A stretch of DNA of 64,000 nucleotides from Patescibacteria group bacterium (GCA_041660605.1 JBAZWB010000001.1:393295-457294), one strand, 5' to 3'; shown: positions 20,219-32,344, counted from the first letter of the stretch. Notes: generated from the letters alone by a model not told the origin. Numbers and translations are program-made.

Positions 20219-20509
20219 ATGTCATTTCTCGGAACGATCGTTGCGCACCTTGCGACAAGACCAATAACCCAATATGTTGATTCGACATCAAGTACTGGCA
20301 ATACTGGACAGCCTAAAGAATTACCCAGATGCCGTAAATGTGGCCAAAAGCATAAGGACGGGGAATCGTGTCCTTGTCCGCTTTGTCCTAAATGCGGCAG
20401 TGTTATGGAAGCAGCTGATAATAGTGGAGTGCTTCAGTGCTACCATAATGCTTACCATTGTCTGGTATGCGGAAACACTTTAAGGGTTAACGGAAAACAC
20501 AGGCGGTGA
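20219..20509 (+). CDS. Small Cys-rich putative zinc-ribbon protein
   Basis: CRKC, CPC, CPKC, CLVC motifs; TTGACA-17-TACACT at 20160-20188; GGAGGA SD. Confidence 0.65.
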   Translation: MSFLGTIVAHLATRPITQYVDSTSSTGNTGQPKELPRCRKCGQKHKDGESCPCPLCPKCGSVMEAADNSGVLQCYHNAYHCLVCGNTLRVNGKHRR

Positions 20510-20604
20510 AAAAAACTTCAAAACTTTTCACCGCTATTTTTTTAGATAATTTATTTGAGTTTCCTACTCTTGCTTTTCTTTAAGTTGACGGTTAAAATTA
20601 ATTC

Positions 20605-20955
20605 ATGAATGAGATAAGTGAGTTAGCAAAAAAGATATTAAAATTCCGCGACGACCGGGATTGGGCGCAATACCATAAGCCCAAGGAACTGGCGGTTTCC
20701 ATCAGCATTGAGTCAGCCGAACTGCTGGAAAAATTCCAGTGGGAGCGGAAAAACAAACCGGAATACATTGCCGCCCATCGCCGGGAAATCGGCGAAGAAC
20801 TGGCTGATGTGATGATTTATTCGCTGTTATTGGCAGAGACGCTGGGTTTGGACGTGAAAAAAATCGTGGAAGAAAAGTTAAAGCATAACGAAAAAAAATA
20901 TCCCATTGCTAAGGCAAAAGGCAATGATATTAAATATACCGAACTGCAATCTTAG
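20605..20955 (+). CDS. MazG-like nucleotide pyrophosphohydrolase
   Basis: FRDDRDWAQYH.PKELAVSISIESAELLE, EELADV, KYP. Confidence 0.92.
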   Translation: MNEISELAKKILKFRDDRDWAQYHKPKELAVSISIESAELLEKFQWERKNKPEYIAAHRREIGEELADVMIYSLLLAETLGLDVKKIVEEKLKHNEKKYPIAKAKGNDIKYTELQS

Positions 20956-21042
20956 TTGTCTGCGGTTTTAATGTGTCGGTATTTTTTATAATCCCGATTT
21001 TTTAAGGCTGATGTTTTACTTAAAATATGGTAAAATATTATT

Positions 21043-24042
21043 ATGAATATCTCTGATAATTTAAATCTCGCGCAGAAAAAAGCCGTCCAGTTCGGGTCCG
21101 GCCCTCTTTTGATAGTAGCCGGCGCCGGTACCGGGAAAACCACCGTTATTACCCAGCGGCTGGCCTGGCTGATTCTGGAAAAGAAAATCGGCACGGATAA
21201 TATCCTGGCTCTGACTTTTACGGAAAAGGCGGCCTCGGAAATGGAGGAGCGGGTGGATGTGCTCATGCCCTATGGCTATGTGGATTTATGGGTTTCTACT
21301 TTTCATTCTTTTTGTGAAAGAATTCTAAAAGACAATGCCTTGGAGATAGGATTGCCGCCGGACTTCAAATTATTAAACGAAACAGACCAGGTTCTACTGG
21401 TACGGAGGAATTTTGACGCTTTTGATCTGGATTATTACCGGCCGCTGGGGAATCCCACTAAATTCGTCCAGGCCCTGGTCAAGCATTTTTCCCGGGCCAA
21501 GGACGAGAATGTGCAGCCAGAAGAATATTTAGAGTACGCTAAAGGCCTTCAGCTGGACCGGGATGACGATAAATTCGTAAAAAGCCGGGGCGAGGACGAC
21601 CAGGAGATTTCCGAGGAGCAGAGGATTATCGAGGTAGCCAACGCTTATCATGTTTACCAGCAGCTATTATTGGACAACAGCGCACTGGATTTTGGCGATT
21701 TGATTTTATATACCATAAAGCTTTTCAAAAGCCGGCCGAAGATACTGAGAAAATATCAGGACCAGTTTCAATATATTCTAGTTGATGAATTCCAGGATAC
21801 GAATTACGCCCAATATGAGCTGGTCAAAATGCTCTCTGCCCCGAAAAATAACCTGACGGTGGTGGGGGACGACGACCAGTCAATTTATAAATTCCGCGGC
21901 GCGGCTATTTCCAATATTTTGGAATTCAAAAAAGATTATCCTGATTCGCATGAAATCGTCCTGACCGACAACTACCGTTCGCGACAGAACATCCTGGATT
22001 TATCGTATAAATTTATTAAGCAGAACGATCCTAACCGTCTGGAGTATCAGCTTTCTAAGGGTCGTATTGACCCCAAGGGCGCGCCGTTGAAAAGTAAGAT
22101 TTCTAAAAAGTTGAAAGCGCATACAACCGAACCAGGAGCTATATTGCATCTGCATTTCAGGTCATATTTGGAGGAAGCATCGGGCGTCGTGAAAAAGATA
22201 GTTGAGCTTAAGAAAAAAGATAAAAAGTTATTATGGAGCGATTTTGCAATATTAGTCAGAGCTAACGCCAATGCTGCTGAGTTTATAACGGCTTTGGCGC
22301 GATATGACATACCATACCAGTTTTTGGCTTCAAAAGGGCTTTATTCACAGCCGGAAGTGATGGACGTGATTGCTTACCTGAAAATGCTGGATAATTACCA
22401 TGAGTCAGCGGCCATGTGGCGGGTTTTGAATTTAAATCACTGGAATCTGCCGCACCAAGATATAATGACTTTGTCTTATTACGCCCGGCGCAAAAACGTT
22501 TCCCTGCATGAAGCAGCGGAAAAAGCCAGATTAATCCCTGGTGTCAGGCCGGAAATGACCAAAGCGCTGGATAAAATACTTTCTATGATAAAAAACCACA
22601 CCCAGCTGACCAGAGGTAAAGGCGTTTTAGCAGTAGCTTTGCGGTTTATGGAAGATTCAGGGTATTTAAAAAATATTACCAATAAAGATAGCCAGGAGAA
22701 TCTGGAAAAGATAATTCACCTAAACCAATTTTTCCGCAAGATAGAACAGTTTGAGTCTTTGCATGAAGATAAATCAGTAAAAAATTTCATTTCCGAACTG
22801 GAACAGGCGCAGGAAGCAGGGGAGGAGGGTTCAATGCAGCAACCGATAGAAGAGGGACCGGAAGCCGTCAAATTAATGACAGTGCATGGCGCCAAAGGCT
22901 TGGAATTTCATTATGCGTTTTTAGTAAATTTAGTGGATAAGCGTTTCCCGACTATCGAACGCAAGGAGCAGATAGAACTGCCGGATAAATTAATCAAAGA
23001 AATCATTCCGGAAGGGGACATCCATCTGCAGGAAGAACGCCGGCTTTTTTACGTAGGCGTGACGCGGGCTAAAACCGGGGTGTTCTTCACTTCAGCCGAC
23101 GATTACGGCGGCAACCGCAAGAAAAAACCGTCACGCTTTTTAATAGAATTGGGTTTAGTCACCAAGCGGGGAGCAGAAGAGTTGGATCCGGCAGAGCGGT
23201 TGCGGCCGGCACCCGCCACCCAGCGAGAAATTAAAGAGCTGGAATACCTGCAAAAAGCCATTCCGGAGAAGGCCAGCTTTACCCAGATAAAAGCCTTCCA
23301 GACCTGCCCCAAGCAGTATAAGTTCGCACATATCCTGCGCGTACCGGTGGAAGGCAAGCATACTTTCAGTTTCGGCAAATCCATGCACAATACTTTGTAC
23401 CAGTTCTTTAAACAGATAAAAGAAGGCGGTTCAGCGGAGCAGGCGGATTTATTCGAGCAGAAAAAATCTAAGTCAAAAAAAATCAGCGTTAGCTTGGAGC
23501 AGCTTTTGGAAATTTATCAGCGTGAGTGGATCGATGAGTGGTACCTGTCCAAGGAGCATATGGATGAATATTTCCATAAAGGCAAGGAAACTCTGGGCAA
23601 TTTTTACCAATCGCACCAGGGCAAGTTTTCCAAGCCCTTGCATCTGGAAAAAGGCTTTAATATAAAATTAGGCAATTACTCGCTCAGAGGCGTGATCGAC
23701 AGGATTGATGAAATTAAAAAAGGCGAAGTGGAAATTATTGATTATAAGACCGGGCAGTTCCCTAAAAACGGTAAGCTTTCACCTGACGAAAAAGAGCAGC
23801 TGATGATTTATGATCTGGCGGTCAGGGAAGTCATGAAACTGAAACCGGTGGTTTTAAGTTATTATTATCTGGAAGCCAATAAAAAATTGTCATTTAGTTC
23901 CGGCGAAGGGGAGTTGGTGAAAATTAAAGATAAACTGATTGAATTAATCAAAGGCATCAGGGCCAGCGATTTCAGAGCCACACCGGGTTTTTGGTGCCAG
24001 TCGTGCGATTTCCGGGAGATCTGCGAGGATCGGTGGAGGTAA
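21043..24042 (+). CDS. UvrD/PcrA-like SF1A helicase fused to C-terminal PD-(D/E)XK nuclease with Fe-S cysteines
   Basis: AGAGTGKT, LVDEFQDTN, TVHGAKGLEF, EERRLFYVGVTRA; CPKQY, GVIDRID, IIDYKTG, CQSCDFREIC. Confidence 0.93.
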   Translation: MNISDNLNLAQKKAVQFGSGPLLIVAGAGTGKTTVITQRLAWLILEKKIGTDNILALTFTEKAASEMEERVDVLMPYGYVDLWVSTFHSFCERILKDNALEIGLPPDFKLLNETDQVLLVRRNFDAFDLDYYRPLGNPTKFVQALVKHFSRAKDENVQPEEYLEYAKGLQLDRDDDKFVKSRGEDDQEISEEQRIIEVANAYHVYQQLLLDNSALDFGDLILYTIKLFKSRPKILRKYQDQFQYILVDEFQDTNYAQYELVKMLSAPKNNLTVVGDDDQSIYKFRGAAISNILEFKKDYPDSHEIVLTDNYRSRQNILDLSYKFIKQNDPNRLEYQLSKGRIDPKGAPLKSKISKKLKAHTTEPGAILHLHFRSYLEEASGVVKKIVELKKKDKKLLWSDFAILVRANANAAEFITALARYDIPYQFLASKGLYSQPEVMDVIAYLKMLDNYHESAAMWRVLNLNHWNLPHQDIMTLSYYARRKNVSLHEAAEKARLIPGVRPEMTKALDKILSMIKNHTQLTRGKGVLAVALRFMEDSGYLKNITNKDSQENLEKIIHLNQFFRKIEQFESLHEDKSVKNFISELEQAQEAGEEGSMQQPIEEGPEAVKLMTVHGAKGLEFHYAFLVNLVDKRFPTIERKEQIELPDKLIKEIIPEGDIHLQEERRLFYVGVTRAKTGVFFTSADDYGGNRKKKPSRFLIELGLVTKRGAEELDPAERLRPAPATQREIKELEYLQKAIPEKASFTQIKAFQTCPKQYKFAHILRVPVEGKHTFSFGKSMHNTLYQFFKQIKEGGSAEQADLFEQKKSKSKKISVSLEQLLEIYQREWIDEWYLSKEHMDEYFHKGKETLGNFYQSHQGKFSKPLHLEKGFNIKLGNYSLRGVIDRIDEIKKGEVEIIDYKTGQFPKNGKLSPDEKEQLMIYDLAVREVMKLKPVVLSYYYLEANKKLSFSSGEGELVKIKDKLIELIKGIRASDFRATPGFWCQSCDFREICEDRWR

Positions 24043-24050
24043 TTACTAAG

Positions 24051-24175
24051 GTCATAGGTTGTAAGTTTTAAGAAAAAAGTATAGATTTAAGTTTAAGGGC
24101 ATAAGTCACTTTTATTAAATCCTAAAACTTAAGACTTACTTCCTTGCGTTCTTCTTTAAACCTACAACTTGTAAC
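24051..24175. repeat. Empty heptad inverted-repeat element
   Basis: gtcatag gttgtaa gttttaa ... tttaaac ctacaac ttgtaac, plus an inner pair of heptad arms. Confidence 0.7.
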
Positions 24176-24195
24176 TTTTCTCAATAACATTAAAA

Positions 24196-24489
24196 ATGGC
24201 TCAACAAATCGGTAATTTATTAGGCAATAGCATAAACCAGGCGGGGATTTCGGCTCAGGTCGGGGCGGCTATTGTATGCAACGATTTTGACCGGATTCTT
24301 TTGGAGACTTTGGGGCAAAAGATTAAGAAAAATGCCAAGGCTTTGTACGTAAAAAATCGGACTTTGACTATCGCGGTTTTGAGCTCAATTGTGGGTCAGG
24401 AGATCAAATTGCATGAGCAGGAAATACTGGAAAAATTGCATAAAAAACCATCAGGTAAAACCGTAGAAAGACTGCGTTTTTTAGTGTGA
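24196..24489 (+). CDS. DciA/DUF721 family helicase loader-like protein
   Basis: TLTIAVLSSIVGQEIKLHEQEILEKL...VERLRF pattern. Confidence 0.75.
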   Translation: MAQQIGNLLGNSINQAGISAQVGAAIVCNDFDRILLETLGQKIKKNAKALYVKNRTLTIAVLSSIVGQEIKLHEQEILEKLHKKPSGKTVERLRFLV

Positions 24490-24604
24490 TTTTTTGTCTA
24501 ACCTTAGCCTAAAAATTAACTTATTATTTTCCTTGCAGTTAAATTAAAAATATGGTAAAATGAGGTAGGTTTTGAAGCCTACTTTTTTGTAAATATCAGA
24601 CTAA

Positions 24605-24988
24605 ATGTCCCTGAAAAAATACTTAATCTTAATGACCTCGGCCACTTTTTTATGCTGGCTGGCCTGGCTACTAGTGCTGTTTTATTTTAATCCTGATGAA
24701 GCAGGCTTTGTCGGTTTTTTTCTGTTTCATTTCAGTTTGTTATTGGCATTAATAGGCACTTTTTCATTAATCGGTTTTTTCTGCCGCGTCTGGTTCACCA
24801 AAGAACAGGTGATTTTTCGGCATTTAGGCATTTCCACCCGTCAGTCGCTCTGGTTTGCCTTATTGCTGGTTAGCGCGTTAATTCTAAAAGGAGCGGAATA
24901 TTTTCGCTGGTGGAGCATTTTATTGATTATTATCATGCTGGGCCTATTGGAGTTTTTCTTTTTATCCCGGAGAACATCCAGGCATTAA
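24605..24988 (+). CDS. Four-TM hypothetical membrane protein
   Basis: Four hydrophobic segments, STRQS motif, upstream of pheS. Confidence 0.8.
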   Translation: MSLKKYLILMTSATFLCWLAWLLVLFYFNPDEAGFVGFFLFHFSLLLALIGTFSLIGFFCRVWFTKEQVIFRHLGISTRQSLWFALLLVSALILKGAEYFRWWSILLIIIMLGLLEFFFLSRRTSRH

Positions 24989-24992
24989 CATT

Positions 24993-26003
24993 ATGAAAGA
25001 CAAATTATTACAATTAAAGAATAAGGCCATCAGCCTGCTAGAAAAAATATCCAGCCAGGAAGAATTGAAGCAGTTTGAAATTAATTTCTTCGGCCGTAAG
25101 GGCGAGCTGGCCAATCTGATGAAAAACCTGAAAGATCTGCCGCAAAATGAACGTCCGGCAGCAGGGCAAATGGCTAATCGGGTTAAATCAGAAATACTGC
25201 AGGCTTTTCAGGAACGCAGTTCACGGTTCGCATCAGCGGAAAAGATAAATGTTTCTAAAATAGAAAAAACCTGGCCGGCTCCGAAGAAAAATATCGGCCA
25301 TCTGCATCCCTTAACCCAATTTATAAAAAAAGTAGAAGATATATTTATCTCCATGGGATTTGAGATTGTTGATGGCCCGGAAGCGGAGACGGTTAGAAAT
25401 AATTTTGATTTATTAAATATCCCAAAAAACCACCCGGCGCGCGACGCCTGGGACACTTACTATCTAGAAGGCGGCTGGCTGCTGCGGACCCACACTTCGC
25501 CGGTACAGCTGCACGCCATGGAAAAAAGAAAGCCACCAGTGCGATTGATAGCGCCCGGCCGCGCGTTTCGCCATGAAGCCACGGATGCTTCCCATGAAAC
25601 GACTTTTTACCAGTGCGAAGGGCTGGTCATTGACCAGTGCATTTCCGTGGCTAATTTAATAAATACGCTGGAGGAATTTCTAAAAGCCATTTTTGGTAAT
25701 AAAGTTAAAATACGCGTGCGGCCGGAATTTTATCCGTTTGTCGAGCCGGGTCTGGATGTGGATATGCAGTGCCTGATTTGCGGCGGCAAGGGTTGTTCGG
25801 TTTGCAAGCAGAGAGGGTGGTTGGAGATGCTGGGTTCGGGCATGGTACATCCGGTGGTTCTGGAAAATATGGGCGTTGATCCGGAAAAATATTCAGGCTA
25901 CGCTTTTGGCCTCGGCATTGATCGCCTGATGATGCTGTATCACGGCATTAATGATATTCGGCTGTCGTATTCGGGGGACTTGAGATTTATTGAGCAGTTT
26001 TAG
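24993..26003 (+). CDS. pheS: Phenylalanine-tRNA ligase alpha subunit
   Basis: GHLHPL, HPARD, LRTHTSPVQ, YPFVEPG, FGLGIDRL. Confidence 0.98.
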   Translation: MKDKLLQLKNKAISLLEKISSQEELKQFEINFFGRKGELANLMKNLKDLPQNERPAAGQMANRVKSEILQAFQERSSRFASAEKINVSKIEKTWPAPKKNIGHLHPLTQFIKKVEDIFISMGFEIVDGPEAETVRNNFDLLNIPKNHPARDAWDTYYLEGGWLLRTHTSPVQLHAMEKRKPPVRLIAPGRAFRHEATDASHETTFYQCEGLVIDQCISVANLINTLEEFLKAIFGNKVKIRVRPEFYPFVEPGLDVDMQCLICGGKGCSVCKQRGWLEMLGSGMVHPVVLENMGVDPEKYSGYAFGLGIDRLMMLYHGINDIRLSYSGDLRFIEQF

Positions 26004-26004
26004 T

Positions 26005-26472
26005 TTAGTAGGTGGTGGGTAGTAAGTTGTGAGTAGTAGGTAGGAGGTGGCTAGTTAAATAAAGATTAATAATTACACATGGCAAAAAGTTTTGAAAATT
26101 TAACGATTTGGAAGGATGGAATAAGCTTATCAGGTTTAATTTATTTAGAAACAAAAAAATTTCCAAAAGAAGAATTATATGGTTTAACTTCTCAGATTAG
26201 AAGGGCAATAATTTCAGTACCATCCAATATTGCCGAAGGAGCCGGCAGATCATCACAGAAAGAATTTATAAGATTCATAAATATATCTTTAGGTTCGTTA
26301 AATGAGGTGGAGAGTTTATTGCATGTTGCCTTGGAGCTTAAATATTTAGAAATTAATGATTTCAATATTATAAAAGAAAGGGTAATAAAGTTAGGTGCTT
26401 CAATAGGCGCTTTTAAAAAGCATTTAGCGCAAGTTTAACAAACTACTTACTACTAACTACCTACAACTTACC
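26005..26472 (+). mobile_element. Putative cassette: heptad left arm (26005-26053), four-helix-bundle gene, inverted heptad right arm (26441-26472)
   Basis: ttagtag gtggtgg gtagtaa gttgtga gtagtag... versus aactac ttactac taactac ctacaac ttacc; AT-rich cargo; mobility is inferred. Confidence 0.55.
26079..26438 (+). CDS. Four helix bundle protein (23S rRNA IVP / bAvd-like family)
   Basis: SFENLTIW, FPKEELYGLTSQIRRA..SVPSNIAEG, EFIRF..ISLGSLNE. Confidence 0.93.
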   Translation: MAKSFENLTIWKDGISLSGLIYLETKKFPKEELYGLTSQIRRAIISVPSNIAEGAGRSSQKEFIRFINISLGSLNEVESLLHVALELKYLEINDFNIIKERVIKLGASIGAFKKHLAQV

Positions 26473-28812
26473 ATGTATCTTCCCCTTAACTGGCTAAAAG
26501 AATTCATAAAATTCAAGGAAACGCCTGAAAAAGTCGCGGAGATTTTTACGCTGGCCGGCTTTGAAGTGGAAAAAATAGAATATTGGGGACGCGATTTAGC
26601 CGGCGTCATCGTCGGTGAAATAAAAACCATTGTTTCGCACGCCGAGGCTGACAAGCTGGTGGTCTGCAAGGTTGAAGTGGGGCGCAAGCAGCTTTTGAAT
26701 ATTGTCTGCGGCGCCCGCAATATAAAACCAGGACACAAGGTTCCAGTCGCCCTGGTTGGCGTGAAACTGCCCAATGGCATGAAAATAGAACGGCGCCGCA
26801 TCCGAGGCGTGGATTCCGAAGGCATGCTCTGCGCTGAGGATGAGCTGGGCCTGGGCGAAGACCATTCAGGCATCATGATATTGGATAAACAGGCGAAAGT
26901 CGGGCAGAAGCTGAACAAGGTTTTAGGGCTGGACGATATTGTCCTGGATATCACAGTTCCGGCTAACCGTGTTGATTGCTTATCAGTAATTGGCCTGGCT
27001 AAGGAATTCGCCGCGCAGACCGGCGAGGCTTTAAATATTAAAAAAACCGTTTTAACCGAGAACAAAAAGTATAATATCAAAAAGATAATCAAAGTTAAAA
27101 TCACTGATACGGATTTATGCCCGAAATATACCGCGCGGGTCGTTAAAAACGTCAAAGTCCGTCCGTCGCCGGTCTGGCTGCAGTCGCGCTTGCGGGTTTG
27201 CGGCATTAAATCCATTAACAATATAGTTGACGCTACCAATTACGTGATGCTGGAGCGCGGGCAGCCATTGCATGCTTTTGATCTGGCCAATATCGCCGGC
27301 AAGCAGATAATCGTCAGAGCTGCCGGCAAAGATTCAAAGTTTGCCACACTGGACGGTGAAGAGCGTTTGCTGGGCAGCCAGATGCTGGTCATCGCTGATG
27401 CCAAACAGCCAATCGCTGTGGCCGGTGTGATGGGCGGTAGGAATTCAGAAATAACCAGGCAAACCAAGGAGATTGTCATTGAGTCAGCGCTTTTCAAACC
27501 ACTGTCAATCCGCCAGACCCGTCAGAAACTGGGGATTGTCACGGAGGCTTCCAATAGATTTGAAAAAGGCCTATGGTGGGATTTGCCGGAGTGGGCGGCT
27601 GATCAGGCGGCGCAGTTGATATCAGAGGTGGCCGGCGGGGAAATTGTCACTGGCATGATTAACGTTTCCAGGCAAAAAGAGAACAAGCCGACTGTTATAA
27701 AATTTAATTTAAAATATTTAAACCGTTTGATCGGCAGAAATTTCACTTTAGCTGAAGCAATCAAGTCTCTGGAAAAATTAAACTGCAAAATCGCTAAAGC
27801 CGGAATTGACGAAATTAAAGTTACCGTACCTTCCTGGCGGCAGGATCTGAATATACCCGCTGATTTGGTTGAGGAAGTCGGTAGATTATATGGATGGAAC
27901 AATTTAAAAACAACGCCGGTATTTGCCGGGTTAAAACCAATTCAGCTGCCTGACGCATTGAAATTCCAAGAAAAAATTCACAATATTCTGGCCGCTGCCG
28001 GTTTGAACGAAGTTTATAATTATTCTTTTTATAGTAAGAGGATGATAGAGCAATTTGGAATGCAGAAAGCCGGGCATTATTTAGTACAGAATCCGCTGAA
28101 TCCCGAGCAGGAGTATATGCGGACTGCGCTCCTGCCTTGGCTTCAGAGTAATGTTTTGAAAAACTATCAAACCCGTGAAGAAATAAAAATATTTGAGATA
28201 GGAACGGTTTTCCCAAAATCCGGCACTGGTTTGCCAAACGAAAAAACCATGCTGGGTGCAATAATATACAAGAAAGGCAAAGCTGAGGGCAAGAAAAGCG
28301 CGCATTGGGAGATGATGTCGGTTTTGAATTCCGTTTTGTCCGGCGTGGGATTTTCTGAGGAGGAAGCATGTTATCAGGATAAGGATAATGGCGCGGTGGA
28401 GATCAAAATAAAAGGCAGTAAAGTAGGGCAATATTCCTGGGTTTTACCAGAGAGCAACAAACTGGGCAGTCCGCCGGTTTATTTTGAGCTGGATTTGCAG
28501 GCATTGCTCGGGCTGTCAAAAAAATTAAGCACCTTCCGGCCGATTTCCGATTATCCGGCCGTTACCCGAGATTTAACATTTACCAACATCAGTCAGGCGG
28601 ATTTTGCCGAGCTCAGCGGGTTAATAAGAAAGGCGAGTCCATTAGTGAAAAAAGTTGAAGCCAAGGATTTGTACATTACCGGCGACAGCCTGACAGTGCG
28701 CGTAATTTATCAGTCTTCCGAACGCACCCTGACAGCCAAGGAGATTGACATTCTTGAGAATGAAATTATTAAAAATTTGTCAGCCGCATTTGATTTAAGA
28801 ATAAAAAAGTAA
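26473..28812 (+). CDS. pheT: Phenylalanine-tRNA ligase beta subunit
   Basis: IVCGARN, SEGMLC, NNIVDATNYVMLERGQPLHAFD, DLVEEVGRLYG. Confidence 0.98.
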   Translation: MYLPLNWLKEFIKFKETPEKVAEIFTLAGFEVEKIEYWGRDLAGVIVGEIKTIVSHAEADKLVVCKVEVGRKQLLNIVCGARNIKPGHKVPVALVGVKLPNGMKIERRRIRGVDSEGMLCAEDELGLGEDHSGIMILDKQAKVGQKLNKVLGLDDIVLDITVPANRVDCLSVIGLAKEFAAQTGEALNIKKTVLTENKKYNIKKIIKVKITDTDLCPKYTARVVKNVKVRPSPVWLQSRLRVCGIKSINNIVDATNYVMLERGQPLHAFDLANIAGKQIIVRAAGKDSKFATLDGEERLLGSQMLVIADAKQPIAVAGVMGGRNSEITRQTKEIVIESALFKPLSIRQTRQKLGIVTEASNRFEKGLWWDLPEWAADQAAQLISEVAGGEIVTGMINVSRQKENKPTVIKFNLKYLNRLIGRNFTLAEAIKSLEKLNCKIAKAGIDEIKVTVPSWRQDLNIPADLVEEVGRLYGWNNLKTTPVFAGLKPIQLPDALKFQEKIHNILAAAGLNEVYNYSFYSKRMIEQFGMQKAGHYLVQNPLNPEQEYMRTALLPWLQSNVLKNYQTREEIKIFEIGTVFPKSGTGLPNEKTMLGAIIYKKGKAEGKKSAHWEMMSVLNSVLSGVGFSEEEACYQDKDNGAVEIKIKGSKVGQYSWVLPESNKLGSPPVYFELDLQALLGLSKKLSTFRPISDYPAVTRDLTFTNISQADFAELSGLIRKASPLVKKVEAKDLYITGDSLTVRVIYQSSERTLTAKEIDILENEIIKNLSAAFDLRIKK

Positions 28813-28824
28813 AATTAATAATAA

Positions 28825-30897
<2,073 letters not shown>

Positions 30898-31087
30898 CAG
30901 GTAGCTTATTGCCTATGGCATATAGTGGGGAAGAGGTGATTTTTAAAGAAAGCTTGTCCGTAAATTTATAAAATCATTAACCATAAGCTATATACTATAA
31001 GCTATTTGCAAATACATTTGACAAAATTTAGGGACTGTAGTAGCATTTATTCAGTCCCCCAGAAGGGGATTTTAAAGACCAAAAAAT

Positions 31088-31273
31088 ATGGCAAACAGGA
31101 TAGTTGCGTATATAAAAGAATCAAGGGACGAGCTGAAAAAGGTTGTCTGGCCTTCACGCAAAGAAACTATTAAATATACCTTACTGGTTATCGGTATCAG
31201 CCTGGGTACGGCTTTGTTTTTGGGTGCGGTCGATTTTGGGCTGAATATTGTTTTAGAAAAGGTAATAAAGTAA
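31088..31273 (+). CDS. secE: Preprotein translocase subunit SecE
   Basis: ELKKVVWPSRKE + TM, upstream of nusG. Confidence 0.95.
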   Translation: MANRIVAYIKESRDELKKVVWPSRKETIKYTLLVIGISLGTALFLGAVDFGLNIVLEKVIK

Positions 31274-31276
31274 TTT

Positions 31277-31822
31277 ATGCCTAAACAGACATTACAGCAG
31301 GGGCGCCGTTGGTATGTATTACATACCTATTCAGGCTATGAGGAAAATGTTTCCCGGAACCTGCGTCAGAGGATAGAATCAATGGATATGCAAGACAAGA
31401 TATTCAGTGTTTTGATACCCACCGAAAAGAAAATTAAAATCAGGAACGGCAAACGCCGGGTAGTGACAGAAAAAATATTTCCTGGATATGTACTGGTGGA
31501 GATGATCGTCACTGACGATTCCTGGTATGTGGTGCGCAACACTCCTAATGTGACTGGTTTCGTCGGCTCTGGTACGACTCCTACCCCTATTTCAGATGAG
31601 GAAGTCAAAGCCATCCAGAAGCGCATGGGCGTGGAAGAGCCGAAATATAAGATAGACGTCACTCCTGGTTCGCCGGTTAAAATAATCGATGGGCCTTTCA
31701 AGGAATTTGAAGGCAAGGTATCTGAAGTTGATGAAGCGCGCGGCAAGGTCAAAGTACTGGTTTCTGTCTTCGGCCGTGAAACGCCGGTGGAGTTAGACTT
31801 TCTGCAGATTAAGAAGATTTAA
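31277..31822 (+). CDS. nusG: Transcription factor NusG
   Basis: WYVLHTYSGYE, FPGYVLVEM, VFGRETPVEL. Confidence 0.98.
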   Translation: MPKQTLQQGRRWYVLHTYSGYEENVSRNLRQRIESMDMQDKIFSVLIPTEKKIKIRNGKRRVVTEKIFPGYVLVEMIVTDDSWYVVRNTPNVTGFVGSGTTPTPISDEEVKAIQKRMGVEEPKYKIDVTPGSPVKIIDGPFKEFEGKVSEVDEARGKVKVLVSVFGRETPVELDFLQIKKI

Positions 31823-31827
31823 TCATC

Positions 31828-31897
31828 AATTCATAATTTAAAATGCATAATGTATAATTGTTAGAATTATACATTATAAATTATTCATTATATATTT
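31828..31897. repeat. AT-rich heptad inverted repeat between nusG and rplK
   Basis: aattcat aatttaa aatgcat aatgtat / attatac attataa attattc attatat. Confidence 0.7.
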
Positions 31898-31905
31898 TAA
31901 AAAAA

Positions 31906-32331
31906 ATGGCAGAGAAAAAAATTAAAACAATCGTAAAATTACAGTTACCCGGCGGAAAAGCCACCCCGGCTCCTCCAGTAGGCCCGGCTTTAGGCCAGCA
32001 CGGTCTGAATATCCAGGATTTTTGCATGAAATTCAACGCGGCGACTAAAGACAAAATGGGCGACATTATTCCCGCTGAAATAACGATTTTTGAGGATCGG
32101 ACCTATAAATTTATTTTGAAAACTCCGCCAGCCGCCGAATTGCTGAAAAAAGCAGCGGGCATCCCTAAAGGTTCCGGCCAGCCATTGAAAGAGAAAGTCG
32201 GCAAGGTCACCAAGCAGCAGATCAGGGAAATCGCGGAAAAGAAAATGCCGGATCTGAATGCCAAAGACATTGAAGGGGCGATGAGGATAATCGAAGGTAC
32301 AGCCAGAAATATGGGGATTACTGTTGAGTAA
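31906..32331 (+). CDS. rplK: 50S ribosomal protein L11
   Basis: [23 protein letters not shown]; start moved to ATG 31906. Confidence 0.98.
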   Translation: MAEKKIKTIVKLQLPGGKATPAPPVGPALGQHGLNIQDFCMKFNAATKDKMGDIIPAEITIFEDRTYKFILKTPPAAELLKKAAGIPKGSGQPLKEKVGKVTKQQIREIAEKKMPDLNAKDIEGAMRIIEGTARNMGITVE

Positions 32332-32344
32332 TTAGCCGCTGTCT

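Noticed and set aside
20219-24042. Zn-ribbon + MazG-like + helicase-nuclease as an anti-phage defence operon
   Set aside because: A terminator and separate promoters divide them; the fusion is consistent with a housekeeping repair enzyme.
26079-26438. Diversity-generating retroelement (Avd-like gene)
   Set aside because: No reverse transcriptase and no TR/VR pair with adenine-specific mismatches in the window.
30900-31087. tRNA-Trp often found before secE
   Set aside because: No cloverleaf or GTTCRA T-loop; region holds heptad arms, a promoter and a small hairpin.
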